Below, piece after piece: positions 17,176 through 26,772 of a DNA stretch of 39,981 nt. Location: the IMG/VR virus record IMGVR_UViG_3300037126_000152, positions 1 through 39,981 of that record, one strand, 5' to 3'. Numbering within the stretch: position 1 is the stretch's first letter; every line of letters starts with the position of its first letter. The notes beneath the pieces are model-generated. The model saw only the letters and a program-made list of their open reading frames with translations, ran no database searches and was not told the DNA's origin. The translations under genes were made by a program, and so were the position numbers. The stretch is from a virus. Its lineage: Duplodnaviria > Caudoviricetes.

Positions 17176-19119
17176 TCACTCGAAAAGTTGTGCGCACCTG
17201 CAATTTACTCGATCTTTTGCCCCCAAACGAATATCAAGCGGGCGACGCGGTTTGATGGGTCCGGGATAGGTCGCATACACACCATCAATCGGTGCGGTGC
17301 GAAGATGCATAAGCCTGTGGTTGTCTCGTGTTACCTTGTCCACCACGGCAAACCATTTTTTGACGGTTGCTCCTGAATCCAGAGCGGATTGGGTCTGTGC
17401 CAAGGACTGGGCAGACCCACCGATCGTCCGGGCGATCCGCAGGACCCGAGCAGGAGAATCGATGTCACTGCTGGTCAGCTTGTCTTGAAGAGCACCCAGA
17501 GACAGGCCGTCTTCCAGAGTTTCTTGGACCAGTGTGATGACAGCGCGTGCGGTAGAGTCCAAAATCAAAGACTTTTCGATCAGGATTGTCCCTTCACGGT
17601 CAAGCAAGTCTTTGAGGCTGCGTTGGATTTCTGCAACGTCGTCTCCGTCAGCACGGGTTTGAATGGCCACGTCTTTGTATGAAACGACCCCCTGTTGCAG
17701 GTAGTGATTTTCGATCACTTCATCCCAATAGGAGGAATCTGCATACAAGATGGCCCTCAGGGCGTCTGGTGTATAATCCAGTGCATTTAAACTAGCTTGG
17801 ATCTTTTCAAAATCAAACGACAAAGCCATGGCATAGCCTACGGATAGGGTTTCCGCCAAATCATCTACGGCTTCGTTTTCGCGCTCGATGTTCCTCTGGT
17901 CGGATGCCCGAAGGAGTGCGTGGGGGCGGGTTGCCCCGTGCGCCTGTACCGCCCGTTTTTGTTCTCCGTCAGCTTCGGCTTTCGGCTCTTTTGCCTGTTC
18001 TTTCAAACCTTTGGGAAACTCCAACCCTGCCATATCCAAGGCCGTTTCCAGTTCGACGCCTATGCTGACTAAGTCTTTGGCGACTTGCACTTGCTCCTTG
18101 CGGGATTCTTGCAGATCTTTGATGGATGATGTATCAAATTTGATTTCTTCACCGTCTTCCAAGACTTCATGCAGCCCATATGTCAAGGAGTCCGCAATTT
18201 CAGTAAGCACTGGCAGGACTGCCGATTCCCAGAAAGTCCTTCGCGATGTTCTTGCGTTATTATAAGTCGCTTTATCCCCGGACACCGCTGTCACGGGGAT
18301 ACCAAAACCCGCTACGATCGTGTCCCGGTTCCGACGAGATGATTCAATGAAATCAACCTCTTGCCCCCCGTCCTCTGACAGAGGCGAAAAGGAAACACCT
18401 TTGGTGGTGATCAGCACTCCACCGTCGCCCGCTTCCGCGCGCATTTGCAAAAAGGCATCTTTGATACCTCGCCGCTGGTCATCCGTTACGGGGTCGGCCA
18501 GCTCCAAAATCCCGGAGGGTATGTTATTGTTTTTTAAGACATTATAGACGCGTTGGTTGATTTTGTTGTCGCCGTCTATCACTGTGGCCATGGCTTCCAG
18601 AGGACTAACGCCACCAACACCGGGACGTGTAGGATCGGTGAAGGACATGACGATGACGTCTTCGGGAGGAACGGGAACCCAATTATGGCCAGAAGCTAAT
18701 ACTTCGACCCGATCTAATACGTCATCCCGCACAGAAGGCACAACTCGAACTCGATCAGGATTCAACAACTCCAAATAATTTATTTCTTTCCCTTTTCCGA
18801 GTCTTTTTATCTGGACAAAACCGACTCCCGTCAACAGGATCCATATAACTAATGCTTCGGTCCAGTCTTTTCTGGACATATGCGGGTGCGGATGACGCAG
18901 TAAATCGGCGATTTTGCCTTCGACTTCTTCTCCGTCTTTTACGACCCGCATAGGCACCGTGGATGCGGCTTGAGATATCATCCGAACCGAAAGCGCTACC
19001 CATGGGTTTTTTCGGAGGCCTTCTGCCGTACCCCGACGCGTGGTCATGGAAGGACGGACGAAATCCCCTCCGTAAGAAATAAAACTCGATTCGAGCCCGC
19101 GTTCTTTTTTGGTCGTCAT
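17176..19119 (-). CDS. Portal protein (HK97 family) fused to a Mu gpF/SPP1 gp7-like minor head domain
   Basis: NPWV...V..I....S.VP, LL..P.P.MS, G.SPLEA, N...PSGIL, FGIP, TYNNA portal motifs; C-terminal RIART...KKW...D..TR..H...D.VNCRC. Confidence 0.9.
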   Translation of the reverse strand: MTTKKERGLESSFISYGGDFVRPSMTTRRGTAEGLRKNPWVALSVRMISQAASTVPMRVVKDGEEVEGKIADLLRHPHPHMSRKDWTEALVIWILLTGVGFVQIKRLGKGKEINYLELLNPDRVRVVPSVRDDVLDRVEVLASGHNWVPVPPEDVIVMSFTDPTRPGVGGVSPLEAMATVIDGDNKINQRVYNVLKNNNIPSGILELADPVTDDQRRGIKDAFLQMRAEAGDGGVLITTKGVSFSPLSEDGGQEVDFIESSRRNRDTIVAGFGIPVTAVSGDKATYNNARTSRRTFWESAVLPVLTEIADSLTYGLHEVLEDGEEIKFDTSSIKDLQESRKEQVQVAKDLVSIGVELETALDMAGLEFPKGLKEQAKEPKAEADGEQKRAVQAHGATRPHALLRASDQRNIERENEAVDDLAETLSVGYAMALSFDFEKIQASLNALDYTPDALRAILYADSSYWDEVIENHYLQQGVVSYKDVAIQTRADGDDVAEIQRSLKDLLDREGTILIEKSLILDSTARAVITLVQETLEDGLSLGALQDKLTSSDIDSPARVLRIARTIGGSAQSLAQTQSALDSGATVKKWFAVVDKVTRDNHRLMHLRTAPIDGVYATYPGPIKPRRPLDIRLGAKDRVNCRCAQLFE

Positions 19120-19121
19120 AA

Positions 19122-20381
19122 CTATATGATATCCATAAAAAAGTTCGTTTTCGCCAGGGTTGCGAAAGCTCCCCCAGCAGCGTCGACTTGGTCTTTGTAT
19201 TTTCCGTTCGGAAAGGCGGCGTGCTCTGTGATGAAGTCAAAATTCCAAGGAGCGTCCGACATGAAGACCTCCCCGCGCGAAACGGCATTTGCCCAAGGCT
19301 GTGCCCGAAGGGTCTTGCTTCCGGTCACTCGATCCGCTGATATGGGATACGCCGCAAGAAGCTGAATCAAGTGATCGGCGACTTCTTTTCCACTTCCTCC
19401 GGGCTCTTGTTCAAACCGGATGGCGGTTTCTTTGCCGTCTTTTTCAGCCGTTTGCATGATCACGCGGTTTCTGGTACCCGGATCCCACTGTCCCCGTTGT
19501 ACATCTAATACAATATATCCACCCGAACTAAATGAAATGTCTGTTTGGTTCCTGGTCGAGGAGATTTTTCCTATTTTTACACCGACCGTGTATGCTCCCC
19601 CACCTTGTGTAGCGGCCATATCCCAATATCTCACTATTTGATCGATATGTGCAGGTAATTTCTGCACAATCTTGAACTGATTACCATCAAACATGCCGCC
19701 CGTTGGTCGCACATTCCAATCACCATGAAGCATTTGCGCGCGGGTGATGGGATCCAGTTCTTGAAGACCTTCGATTTGGGCTTTTTGATCCAGGTGCGGA
19801 TTATCAGTGATCTTCGCGGGAATAAAAGGCCATCGACGAGGCTCATCAATAAAACGAGCTTTGACCCATTCATGTCCTACACCGCCAGGGTTGGTAGCGG
19901 ATCGGATGCGAAGTGGGATATGAGCCGTGGCAGCGGTCCGTCTTACGCGTGCATTCACTCGCGTGTAGTGGTCTTTGGATTGAGTCGTCAGCTCGTCCCA
20001 GCCGATGAAATGATATTCCGATCCGAGATATCGAGCCACGTCACGTTCGTGCTCCAAATAACCAAACGTAAGTTTTGCGCCGGAGGGGAAAACCCAACGT
20101 TTCTTGGAGGGCTGAAAAATGGCATCCGTACTTCCAAGCCACTGATGCGCGCGATCCAGCAAAGCTCCCGGAAGATCAAGTTCTTGAAAGGTTTTTCGCA
20201 AAATGAGAGCGCTGTAGAGAGGTTCGTGCACGTATTGAAGCGCAGCCATTAAGAGCGCGCTGGATTTACCACCGCCAGCCGCACCACCGTAGAGGGCTTC
20301 TCGATGTGGGAGAGCCAGAAACGCCCACTGATGCGCGGTGGGCGTTTCTGGCACATACTGACGCGGGAGCTGAATATTCAT
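19122..20381 (-). CDS. terL: Terminase large subunit
   Basis: YGGAAGGGKS Walker A, IGWDELT Walker B, ATNPGG.GH.WVK, RYWD.A, EQEPG.SGK, FPNG...DQVDA nuclease motifs. Confidence 0.95.
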   Translation of the reverse strand: MNIQLPRQYVPETPTAHQWAFLALPHREALYGGAAGGGKSSALLMAALQYVHEPLYSALILRKTFQELDLPGALLDRAHQWLGSTDAIFQPSKKRWVFPSGAKLTFGYLEHERDVARYLGSEYHFIGWDELTTQSKDHYTRVNARVRRTAATAHIPLRIRSATNPGGVGHEWVKARFIDEPRRWPFIPAKITDNPHLDQKAQIEGLQELDPITRAQMLHGDWNVRPTGGMFDGNQFKIVQKLPAHIDQIVRYWDMAATQGGGAYTVGVKIGKISSTRNQTDISFSSGGYIVLDVQRGQWDPGTRNRVIMQTAEKDGKETAIRFEQEPGGSGKEVADHLIQLLAAYPISADRVTGSKTLRAQPWANAVSRGEVFMSDAPWNFDFITEHAAFPNGKYKDQVDAAGGAFATLAKTNFFMDII

Positions 20382-20440
20382 GACGCGCTTTGATTGGCTT
20401 GATTTATCTCAGACATGAATATTCCCTCCAAAACGTCGTA

Positions 20441-21808
20441 CTAGATTAATAACAACGCTGATTTTTTGGCACGAGATATTGCTGTGTATAGTAAGCGTTG
20501 TCTTTGCGCGACATCTCGGCACATAGAAAAGTCTTGAATATCCACACAAACGTGCGGAATTGTTTGTCCCTGCGCTGTGTGGGTGGTTCCCGCATATCCA
20601 TGAGCGACTCCAGTGTGCCATGAATCCAAATAGGCATAGTATCGGTGCCAGTTGTTTTTGGGGGGACCAAAGATGCCGGTTGATACCTTTTGCGCGAATT
20701 GTTTGACAGCTTTTTGATGTGCCAGACGATCCATCGGCACAAACAATTTTGTTGGTTTGCCCGATAAAGCACGGTTTTCGTATCGATACGCATCGATATG
20801 ATATGCTTTTTCATCTTCGTATATCGGATGCGGACCTTTGGTCACTCCCCCGACGAGAAATTTATCCCCGACGCGGGCAGTGATTATATTTTCTTTCACC
20901 ACTGGTTCACGCATGACTATGAAATCATCAAGAAGATAAGGATCGATGGATCTTTCCGGCGATGCATTTCTGCTCGACCTAAGCTGCAATTTTATCAGTT
21001 CATTCCATTCGTCTACCCTTTTGTTTCGCCACGCAAGAATTTTCACATCTCCGGGGGGATGCTCACAGAATAAAGAATTCAATCGACTCCGTAAATCAGG
21101 GTCTGCCTTTCGTACAACTTGAATAGATCCATCCGGTTTTTCTCCGCTTATTTCTTGTACTTCAGCAAAAAGAGAAACCGGAATGGTATTTTCCACAGAA
21201 CGGCGCAAAAGTTGACAGACTTGCAGCAATTGCCCGCCTTCTGCCTGCCGCATTACTTTTTTCAGCTCAACCCCCGGAATACGCTGATTCTTGACGGCGT
21301 CAAAAACCAAAGATACTTTTTCCTTGACCGGGGGAAGCTGAGCGTTATCGCCGACGAAAAGAATTTGTTTTGCGGGATCTGCTTTGATTTGCTCCAGCAT
21401 CTTTCGGTCCACCATCGAAGCTTCGTCGACAATCAAGAAATCCGCTCTGGGAAGTTTTGTTTTCCCCTGCTTATATATCTGAGCCGTTTCATGACGTTGA
21501 AGCCGAATGCCCAAATACGAATGCAGAGTGACGAAATACAACTCACCGAATTCTTCAGGCTCCCCGCAATTCTCTTTTAGTTGCTCGTCTAAATTTGAGC
21601 CCACGCCTTTCATAAGTTCCTTCACTGCCTGATTTGTCGGCGCCGTACACATCACCACAGCTCCTTCGAGAAGTTTTCGGCCAACAATTTCTCGAATGGT
21701 AGTGGTTTTTCCTGTCCCGGCAGAGCCACTTAAGGCTACTGCACGAGAAGTAGAGGAAACAATTTTGTTTACCGCATTTTGTTGTTCTTCAGTCAGCTTG
21801 TGTGCCAT
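20441..21808 (-). CDS. SF1B DNA helicase (Dda/RecD-like)
   Basis: LT.EQ, LSGSAGTGKTT, APTNQA, IVDEASMV, FVGD.AQLPPV, V.RQ, T.H.AQG.T, LYTAISRA; GGGGAG RBS before MAHKL (alternative start 21850). Confidence 0.93.
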   Translation of the reverse strand: MAHKLTEEQQNAVNKIVSSTSRAVALSGSAGTGKTTTIREIVGRKLLEGAVVMCTAPTNQAVKELMKGVGSNLDEQLKENCGEPEEFGELYFVTLHSYLGIRLQRHETAQIYKQGKTKLPRADFLIVDEASMVDRKMLEQIKADPAKQILFVGDNAQLPPVKEKVSLVFDAVKNQRIPGVELKKVMRQAEGGQLLQVCQLLRRSVENTIPVSLFAEVQEISGEKPDGSIQVVRKADPDLRSRLNSLFCEHPPGDVKILAWRNKRVDEWNELIKLQLRSSRNASPERSIDPYLLDDFIVMREPVVKENIITARVGDKFLVGGVTKGPHPIYEDEKAYHIDAYRYENRALSGKPTKLFVPMDRLAHQKAVKQFAQKVSTGIFGPPKNNWHRYYAYLDSWHTGVAHGYAGTTHTAQGQTIPHVCVDIQDFSMCRDVAQRQRLLYTAISRAKKSALLLI

Positions 21809-21854
21809 GTTTATGCTCCCCAAGACTTTCGTATTGTCGTGTCGTGTCATGCTG

Positions 21855-22259
21855 TCATTTTTCCGCCAGTTCTCCCAGGGCGGATTTCAAGATTTTCGCG
21901 GCCTGCTCGGCGATTTCTGTGGTGGGTGACAGCACGGAGAGGCTCTCCGGCGCAGAGGAGGTGGGACCCGGTTTCCCCCCCGCTCCTCTGCCGCCATCTG
22001 CTGAAACGTCCAGTCCGCTCAAGACCAAACATCTCCGGAGTGCCGTAGCATTACCCTTAAATGCTTGTCCAAACAAGGCTTTCATCAGCTCGGCTTGCGC
22101 CTCTCTGCGCGCTTGCTGAATACGCGGCGTCAAGCACGATGTCACAAAGTCGGGTGATTCCTGCAAAGCCGTGGCGATGGCTTCATCGGCCATGCCCATC
22201 TCCGCATATATTTGTGCTTGACGCCGTTTTTGGGAATCTGTTTCAAGTGTATTGGACAT
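21855..22259 (-). CDS. terS: Putative terminase small subunit
   Basis: N-terminal HTH (AEMGMADEAIATAL) followed by I.QAR..AQAEL.KALF.QA.KGN.TA, typical of TerS; one gene away from terL. Confidence 0.7.
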   Translation of the reverse strand: MSNTLETDSQKRRQAQIYAEMGMADEAIATALQESPDFVTSCLTPRIQQARREAQAELMKALFGQAFKGNATALRRCLVLSGLDVSADGGRGAGGKPGPTSSAPESLSVLSPTTEIAEQAAKILKSALGELAEK

Positions 22260-22362
22260 AAGGCACTCTCGATTCGGTTCTTCTTCCGTGCTTTCCGGGC
22301 AAGAGATGCCTTTGTCCGTACCCTGAGCGCTATGTTTTCTCGCCGCAGCGCTCTGATTGCAT

Positions 22363-22827
22363 CTACTCGTCGGGATTTTCTTCCAAGATGCGTGGATCAA
22401 TCAGATTCCACAGAGCATATAGTTGATATCGATCGATCAATTCGATCAATTTTTCTTTGTTGGTTGTGCCTTTATCGTCTTTGTAGTTTGGTTTTTCCGC
22501 CAGTGCCTGCCACTTTAACACAAGTGCCTCGTTTTTGTCCTCCGAGGCGTATTTCACCATGGAATAGAGGCGTTCTTTGTCCTTGAGCATTTCGCCGATC
22601 ACTTTTTTGAGGTGCGGCATGCGGGTGAAGTGGAAGAGACGCCTGCGCAACTCGGCGGTTCGTTCTTCTGGCGGAATCTCGGACTCCAGGGCCGGAAACG
22701 TTTTTTTCCTCAGCTCCGCCAGAGCCCATTTTTCCACGATGGCATGGAGCATGGCGACTGGGATGTCCCGGATGTCCAAAATGATGTCACCCTCAAGATG
22801 TAGTTCATTCCATCGACGCATCGTCAT
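22363..22827 (-). CDS. hypothetical protein
   Basis: GGGGAG RBS, starts just after the thyX stop; helical charged protein. Confidence 0.7.
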   Translation of the reverse strand: MTMRRWNELHLEGDIILDIRDIPVAMLHAIVEKWALAELRKKTFPALESEIPPEERTAELRRRLFHFTRMPHLKKVIGEMLKDKERLYSMVKYASEDKNEALVLKWQALAEKPNYKDDKGTTNKEKLIELIDRYQLYALWNLIDPRILEENPDE

Positions 22828-22829
22828 GA

Positions 22830-23612
22830 TTATACTCCCCTTTTCTCCAGTTGTGATGCCCAAAATTCTTGTTCTACGGTTCTTTTCTCGTCGGCGATCT
22901 CACTGAGCAGAGGATACTGCCCCTGTGCTAAAAGATGCATCTTTATGGCGAGGTCACGAGTTTCTTTTTGAGCGGCAGAATGCAGACGGAGTTTGAAGAA
23001 ATGTTGCAAACTGGTCCAGTTGCATGTGGCCATCACGCGCGTATAGCCCCCAACTGGGGTAATATTTCGGATACACTCCCTTACGCGCGCTCTTCTCTTG
23101 AGATCAAATTCTTGCCTTTTTCCGAGGACGACCGCTGAAGCATACAGATCGGCGAGATCTTGCTGAAGAAGCTTGCTTAGCGCGGTGATACCGAAACCAC
23201 CTTTGGTCACCACTTGTTGTTCTTCGTCGCTCACGTAGATGTCTGAAATCGCAGCGTTATACCGCAACGACCTCTCGCAGAAACTCCACCCGATGCGATG
23301 CCGCATGAATTGTCTGGCCACGAGAATCGGCATGATAATCAAAAAGCGCAACCCGATGGTTTCGAATGGGGAAGTATGACCAGCCATCCAAAGTTTTCGG
23401 AGGAGCTTTTTGTCCTTCGGGGACAGGGCTTGCTCTCCTTTTCCCTCGTCCAGCCCTTCTTTTCCGGTTGATACACGCGCTGTGTTTATGACCGTGGCTT
23501 CATTTCCCCATGCACTGAGCAAAGACACGGCTCCTGCCGAAAATTTCTCTGTGGTTTCTGGCTTGGCGCCATGCATATTTTCGACAATCGCTTCCAAGGT
23601 TTCGAATTTCAC
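22830..23612 (-). CDS. thyX: FAD-dependent thymidylate synthase
   Basis: ARVS, GH.SPFE, VARQFMRHR-x7-SLRY signature, HFFKLRL...AQ.E.R. Confidence 0.95.
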   Translation of the reverse strand: MKFETLEAIVENMHGAKPETTEKFSAGAVSLLSAWGNEATVINTARVSTGKEGLDEGKGEQALSPKDKKLLRKLWMAGHTSPFETIGLRFLIIMPILVARQFMRHRIGWSFCERSLRYNAAISDIYVSDEEQQVVTKGGFGITALSKLLQQDLADLYASAVVLGKRQEFDLKRRARVRECIRNITPVGGYTRVMATCNWTSLQHFFKLRLHSAAQKETRDLAIKMHLLAQGQYPLLSEIADEKRTVEQEFWASQLEKRGV

Positions 23613-23649
23613 TCTATATTCCTTAGTGTTACACGGTTTACGCTGTTTG

Positions 23650-26055
23650 TTAACCCAATTTTATTGTGTCGGCTTCCCCCCAAGATTTCGTAGCCCGCTG
23701 GATTGTGGTCGGGATACGAAGAATACCCGTTGGAAATTCAACATCCACGGTCATAGCTTTTTGTAGTGCAAAAAGTAATTCCGTGGAGTGTCGTCTTGGT
23801 ACGGAAAAAATCGCTTCATCGTGGATTTGCATCACTGGTCGCGCATCTTCGGGGGAAAATTGCTCCCACACACGGCAAATACCCGTCATCACGATGTCGG
23901 CAACCACGCTCTGTGGGATGTATCCGAGGATTTCCCCGTAAATATTCCCCGGAACAGATGAATAGTGGAAATATCTCCTCCTTTTAAAAGGCGTCTCCAG
24001 GAAACCGTATTTTTCCACGTGTTCAATCTTGGCACGTTGCCATGCCTTAATGCGTGGGCGCGCTTTGAAATAATCTCCTTGAAACCTTTCCGCGTCGGCG
24101 ATGGAAAGCTTAAGGGCCTGCCCGATAGTCGCCGGTCCGGCACCATAATTGGTTCCATGACACCCGATTTTGATTTGCTTGTACCGAGGATCGGATTTTT
24201 CAAGGATTTCGTTCCACATCAGTTCGCCGTTGGCTTTGTGGATTGAACCCCCGGCATGCAAAACTTCCAGCATCGATGTTTCATTGGCATCTTGGGCCAA
24301 AACAAACGCATCGGCACCAACAAGGTCCAACATAATCCATGCGCGATTTGGGTCCGGCTGAAAGATTTTCCTGAGATTCGGTACCAAAAACGGCGCCCCA
24401 TCTTTGCTTCCGCTCGTTACATTTTGAAAATTTCCTCCCGAGCGGAATGGGGTTTTTCGAGACGCCAGACGCCCGCTGGTAGTACCCGCCACGTTGTAGG
24501 ATGTTCTGGCTCGTCCGTCCCAATACAAAGACACCTTGGAAAATGCGTGCACGATCCCAAGAGTTTTCAACGCGGCCATGCGAATCGTGAGCGGACGCAG
24601 CTTAGGCTGCTGTTGTGTGTACGCATCCATCGTCGCGTCGTCGAAGGTCGGACCTTCAGATTTTTTTCCTTTAACCTCCGGTAAACCAAGCTGTTCGAGA
24701 AACAATTCCTTGCAATGAATTGAAGATTTCGGATTGAAATTCCAGCCTACGAGATCGGCCATTTCTTTTTGAAGGCTACTTTCAGCTTCAGAACAATACG
24801 TTTGGACGTCCCGTATATACGATTGATCTACTTGATATCCCTTCATCGACATATACAACAAAGGCCGCCAATAACGCATCATTCTTTTGTATATTATTTT
24901 CGTCGACGGACGTTTTTCAAGGGCTTCACTTAGGCCCTGATAAACCTGCCAAGTGTTGATGCAATCCAGTGCATTATACCTCCATCTTGTCGCGTCATCT
25001 TGCGCCGCGTTTGCTTGGTCCAACTCTTGTTTCCAGAAGATGTGTTCTGGATTCCATGTTGCGCTTAGGTCGCCCAGGCCCTTAGCCATGCCGGAGTCAT
25101 ATGCATGAGACATGACCATGGTATCTTCGATGTTCTTCGGGCAAACATTCCACCATCGCATGAAGTACGAGCAATCGTAGGAAAAATTTTGCCCGACCCA
25201 TGTGATATTGGGATGTTTGAACAAGGCCCGAAGAAATACGACCAAATTTGTTTCTTCGGCCTCAGTGAAGATATTTTCCCCACCGTATCTGAGAAACGGG
25301 ATGGTAAAAGCAATAGGGGCAGAAGATTCTTTTTGATCCGGATCCCGATAGCTGAACCCAACACAATCAATAAAACGACCGCGAGTTTCGATGTCGCAAG
25401 CCACCGAAAGCCCCTGCCCAGAAGCTTTTTGAGAAGCATTTTTAATGCCCCGGAGCAGCGCTTGTGCCTGCTCAAAATTTGTCGCCACAAGCGTTTCGCT
25501 CGGCTTGGGACAAACAGGCTTGCTCATGAATTTCTGCAAGTCTCGTCGAAACTCGGGAATTAGCTCCCGCTTTCGAAAGACCGCCTGGGGGCTATGCGTC
25601 GGGATGAAAAGCGTGTCTGAAAACTTTGGATTTCGTAGCACCGATGCGCGGTAGTTTTTCACGGAAAGTTGGTCCGTGAAGTGATACAAGGCCATCTGCC
25701 CCATCAATAAGACATGTGTGGGTTGGATTTCCTTCAGCCACTTCTCGATCCGAAAAACATTCTCTTTGATAAACTCGGGCTCCCCTCGTGGCATTTTTCC
25801 TTTGTACCAATTTAAATAAAACCCTCCTGGCGCGGGACTGGGGCTGACATAGGCAGACGGAATATCGGACAACTTTGGTCCCCCTTCCGGTCGCGCTTGA
25901 TCCCACAGACGCCCGAAAAATCGACCAATTCCGGATTTCCATGGTTGTTGCGCAACGCAATCGGCAGGGAACGGAGCGTCGCCGATGATGGCCAAAGAAC
26001 AAGATTTTTGCGCGGTTTTCTCCGGAGGTAAAAGTTGCGGTAAATGACTTGTCAT
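23650..26055 (-). CDS. polA: Family A DNA polymerase with N-terminal uracil-DNA-glycosylase-like domain and 3'-5' exonuclease
   Basis: IIGDAP...QPW/LLMG..A/PTHSP..V.R (UDG family 4-like); DIET, GQN..YD, YNALD (Exo I-III); T.SGRLAS, N.QN, DLVGADA (A), K...HGTNYG (B), QIHDE (C). Confidence 0.93.
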   Translation of the reverse strand: MTSHLPQLLPPEKTAQKSCSLAIIGDAPFPADCVAQQPWKSGIGRFFGRLWDQARPEGGPKLSDIPSAYVSPSPAPGGFYLNWYKGKMPRGEPEFIKENVFRIEKWLKEIQPTHVLLMGQMALYHFTDQLSVKNYRASVLRNPKFSDTLFIPTHSPQAVFRKRELIPEFRRDLQKFMSKPVCPKPSETLVATNFEQAQALLRGIKNASQKASGQGLSVACDIETRGRFIDCVGFSYRDPDQKESSAPIAFTIPFLRYGGENIFTEAEETNLVVFLRALFKHPNITWVGQNFSYDCSYFMRWWNVCPKNIEDTMVMSHAYDSGMAKGLGDLSATWNPEHIFWKQELDQANAAQDDATRWRYNALDCINTWQVYQGLSEALEKRPSTKIIYKRMMRYWRPLLYMSMKGYQVDQSYIRDVQTYCSEAESSLQKEMADLVGWNFNPKSSIHCKELFLEQLGLPEVKGKKSEGPTFDDATMDAYTQQQPKLRPLTIRMAALKTLGIVHAFSKVSLYWDGRARTSYNVAGTTSGRLASRKTPFRSGGNFQNVTSGSKDGAPFLVPNLRKIFQPDPNRAWIMLDLVGADAFVLAQDANETSMLEVLHAGGSIHKANGELMWNEILEKSDPRYKQIKIGCHGTNYGAGPATIGQALKLSIADAERFQGDYFKARPRIKAWQRAKIEHVEKYGFLETPFKRRRYFHYSSVPGNIYGEILGYIPQSVVADIVMTGICRVWEQFSPEDARPVMQIHDEAIFSVPRRHSTELLFALQKAMTVDVEFPTGILRIPTTIQRATKSWGEADTIKLG

Positions 26056-26079
26056 AGGATCCCCCTGTTTAACCTAAAG

Positions 26080-26108
26080 CCGGCGCAAAATTTTAAGTTT
26101 TGCGCCGG
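26080..26108 (-). terminator. Stem-loop between ssb and polA (weak terminator or mRNA stabiliser)
   Basis: CCGGCGCAAAA-7 nt-TTTTGCGCCGG perfect 11-bp stem; only a short U-tract. Confidence 0.55.
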
Positions 26109-26127
26109 ATGGTTATTTCAAAACGCC

Positions 26128-26703
26128 TTAAAACGGCGCGTCAGCGATGTGAGGTCGCGCGACGTTGAAAACGGCTTCGCCTCGTTTGCTGAGATACCCT
26201 TGCACGTCGATAACGACTCCCCCCATATTTTTGGGGATGAACAGACCATTCGGCATTCCTGCTGCCAGTGCTCGACGAAGTCCCTCCCATTTGGGATTGC
26301 CATGCTGCGCAGGCCGACGTTCCTCCGGCTTGTCGCTTTGGATAACACGAATACCGAAAACGCTGAATGTCGATTCAAAATGAATCGTGTCCTCTCCGGG
26401 AATCGGCATCTCCACGATAATCGGCAGGGAAATCCGAGCCTTATATGTTGTTTTTCCGGTTACTTCATTCGTGTCGCCGAAGACTTGATACCAGCGGTCG
26501 GTATAATCCCCAACCGTTGCTTTGTACCACATATCCCGTTCGGGGGCTGGATCAGTCGCATCGACTGCGCCCCATTCTTCATGAGCAGTCACAGCCGCCG
26601 TAGCGGTAGGGACGGGCTTGTCATCGGCTCCGGGAACGGCAACAGAGGAAAAATCGGCGTCGTTGGCGTCTGGGATTGCGTTGGGGTCGAAATTCATGTT
26701 CAT
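26128..26703 (-). CDS. Putative single-stranded DNA-binding protein
   Basis: Directly downstream of the Sak4-like ATPase; acidic N-terminus, WYKATV strand, C-terminal ...DAPF resembling the bacterial SSB tail. Confidence 0.6.
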   Translation of the reverse strand: MNMNFDPNAIPDANDADFSSVAVPGADDKPVPTATAAVTAHEEWGAVDATDPAPERDMWYKATVGDYTDRWYQVFGDTNEVTGKTTYKARISLPIIVEMPIPGEDTIHFESTFSVFGIRVIQSDKPEERRPAQHGNPKWEGLRRALAAGMPNGLFIPKNMGGVVIDVQGYLSKRGEAVFNVARPHIADAPF

Positions 26704-26742
26704 TCCTTTGGTTAGATTTGTTTTACGTCATCAATATGGTGA

Positions 26743-26772
26743 ATGTTATCCCGCTTTCACTGCTTTGATAAG
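26743..26772 (-). promoter_or_regulatory. CTTATCA-class promoter upstream of ssb
   Basis: Minus strand cTTATCA-17 nt-TAACAT, 40 nt before the ATG. Confidence 0.5.

Noticed and set aside
814-19365. Many plus-strand ORFs antisense to capsid, fibre, TMP and portal genes
   Set aside because: Shadow ORFs from codon bias; no RBS or recognisable motifs.
22830-26055. Hypermodified-base (dZ, hmU, 7-deazaguanine) DNA system
   Set aside because: No PurZ, dUMP hydroxymethylase, Que/Dpd or glycosyltransferase gene recognised; ThyX makes ordinary dTMP.
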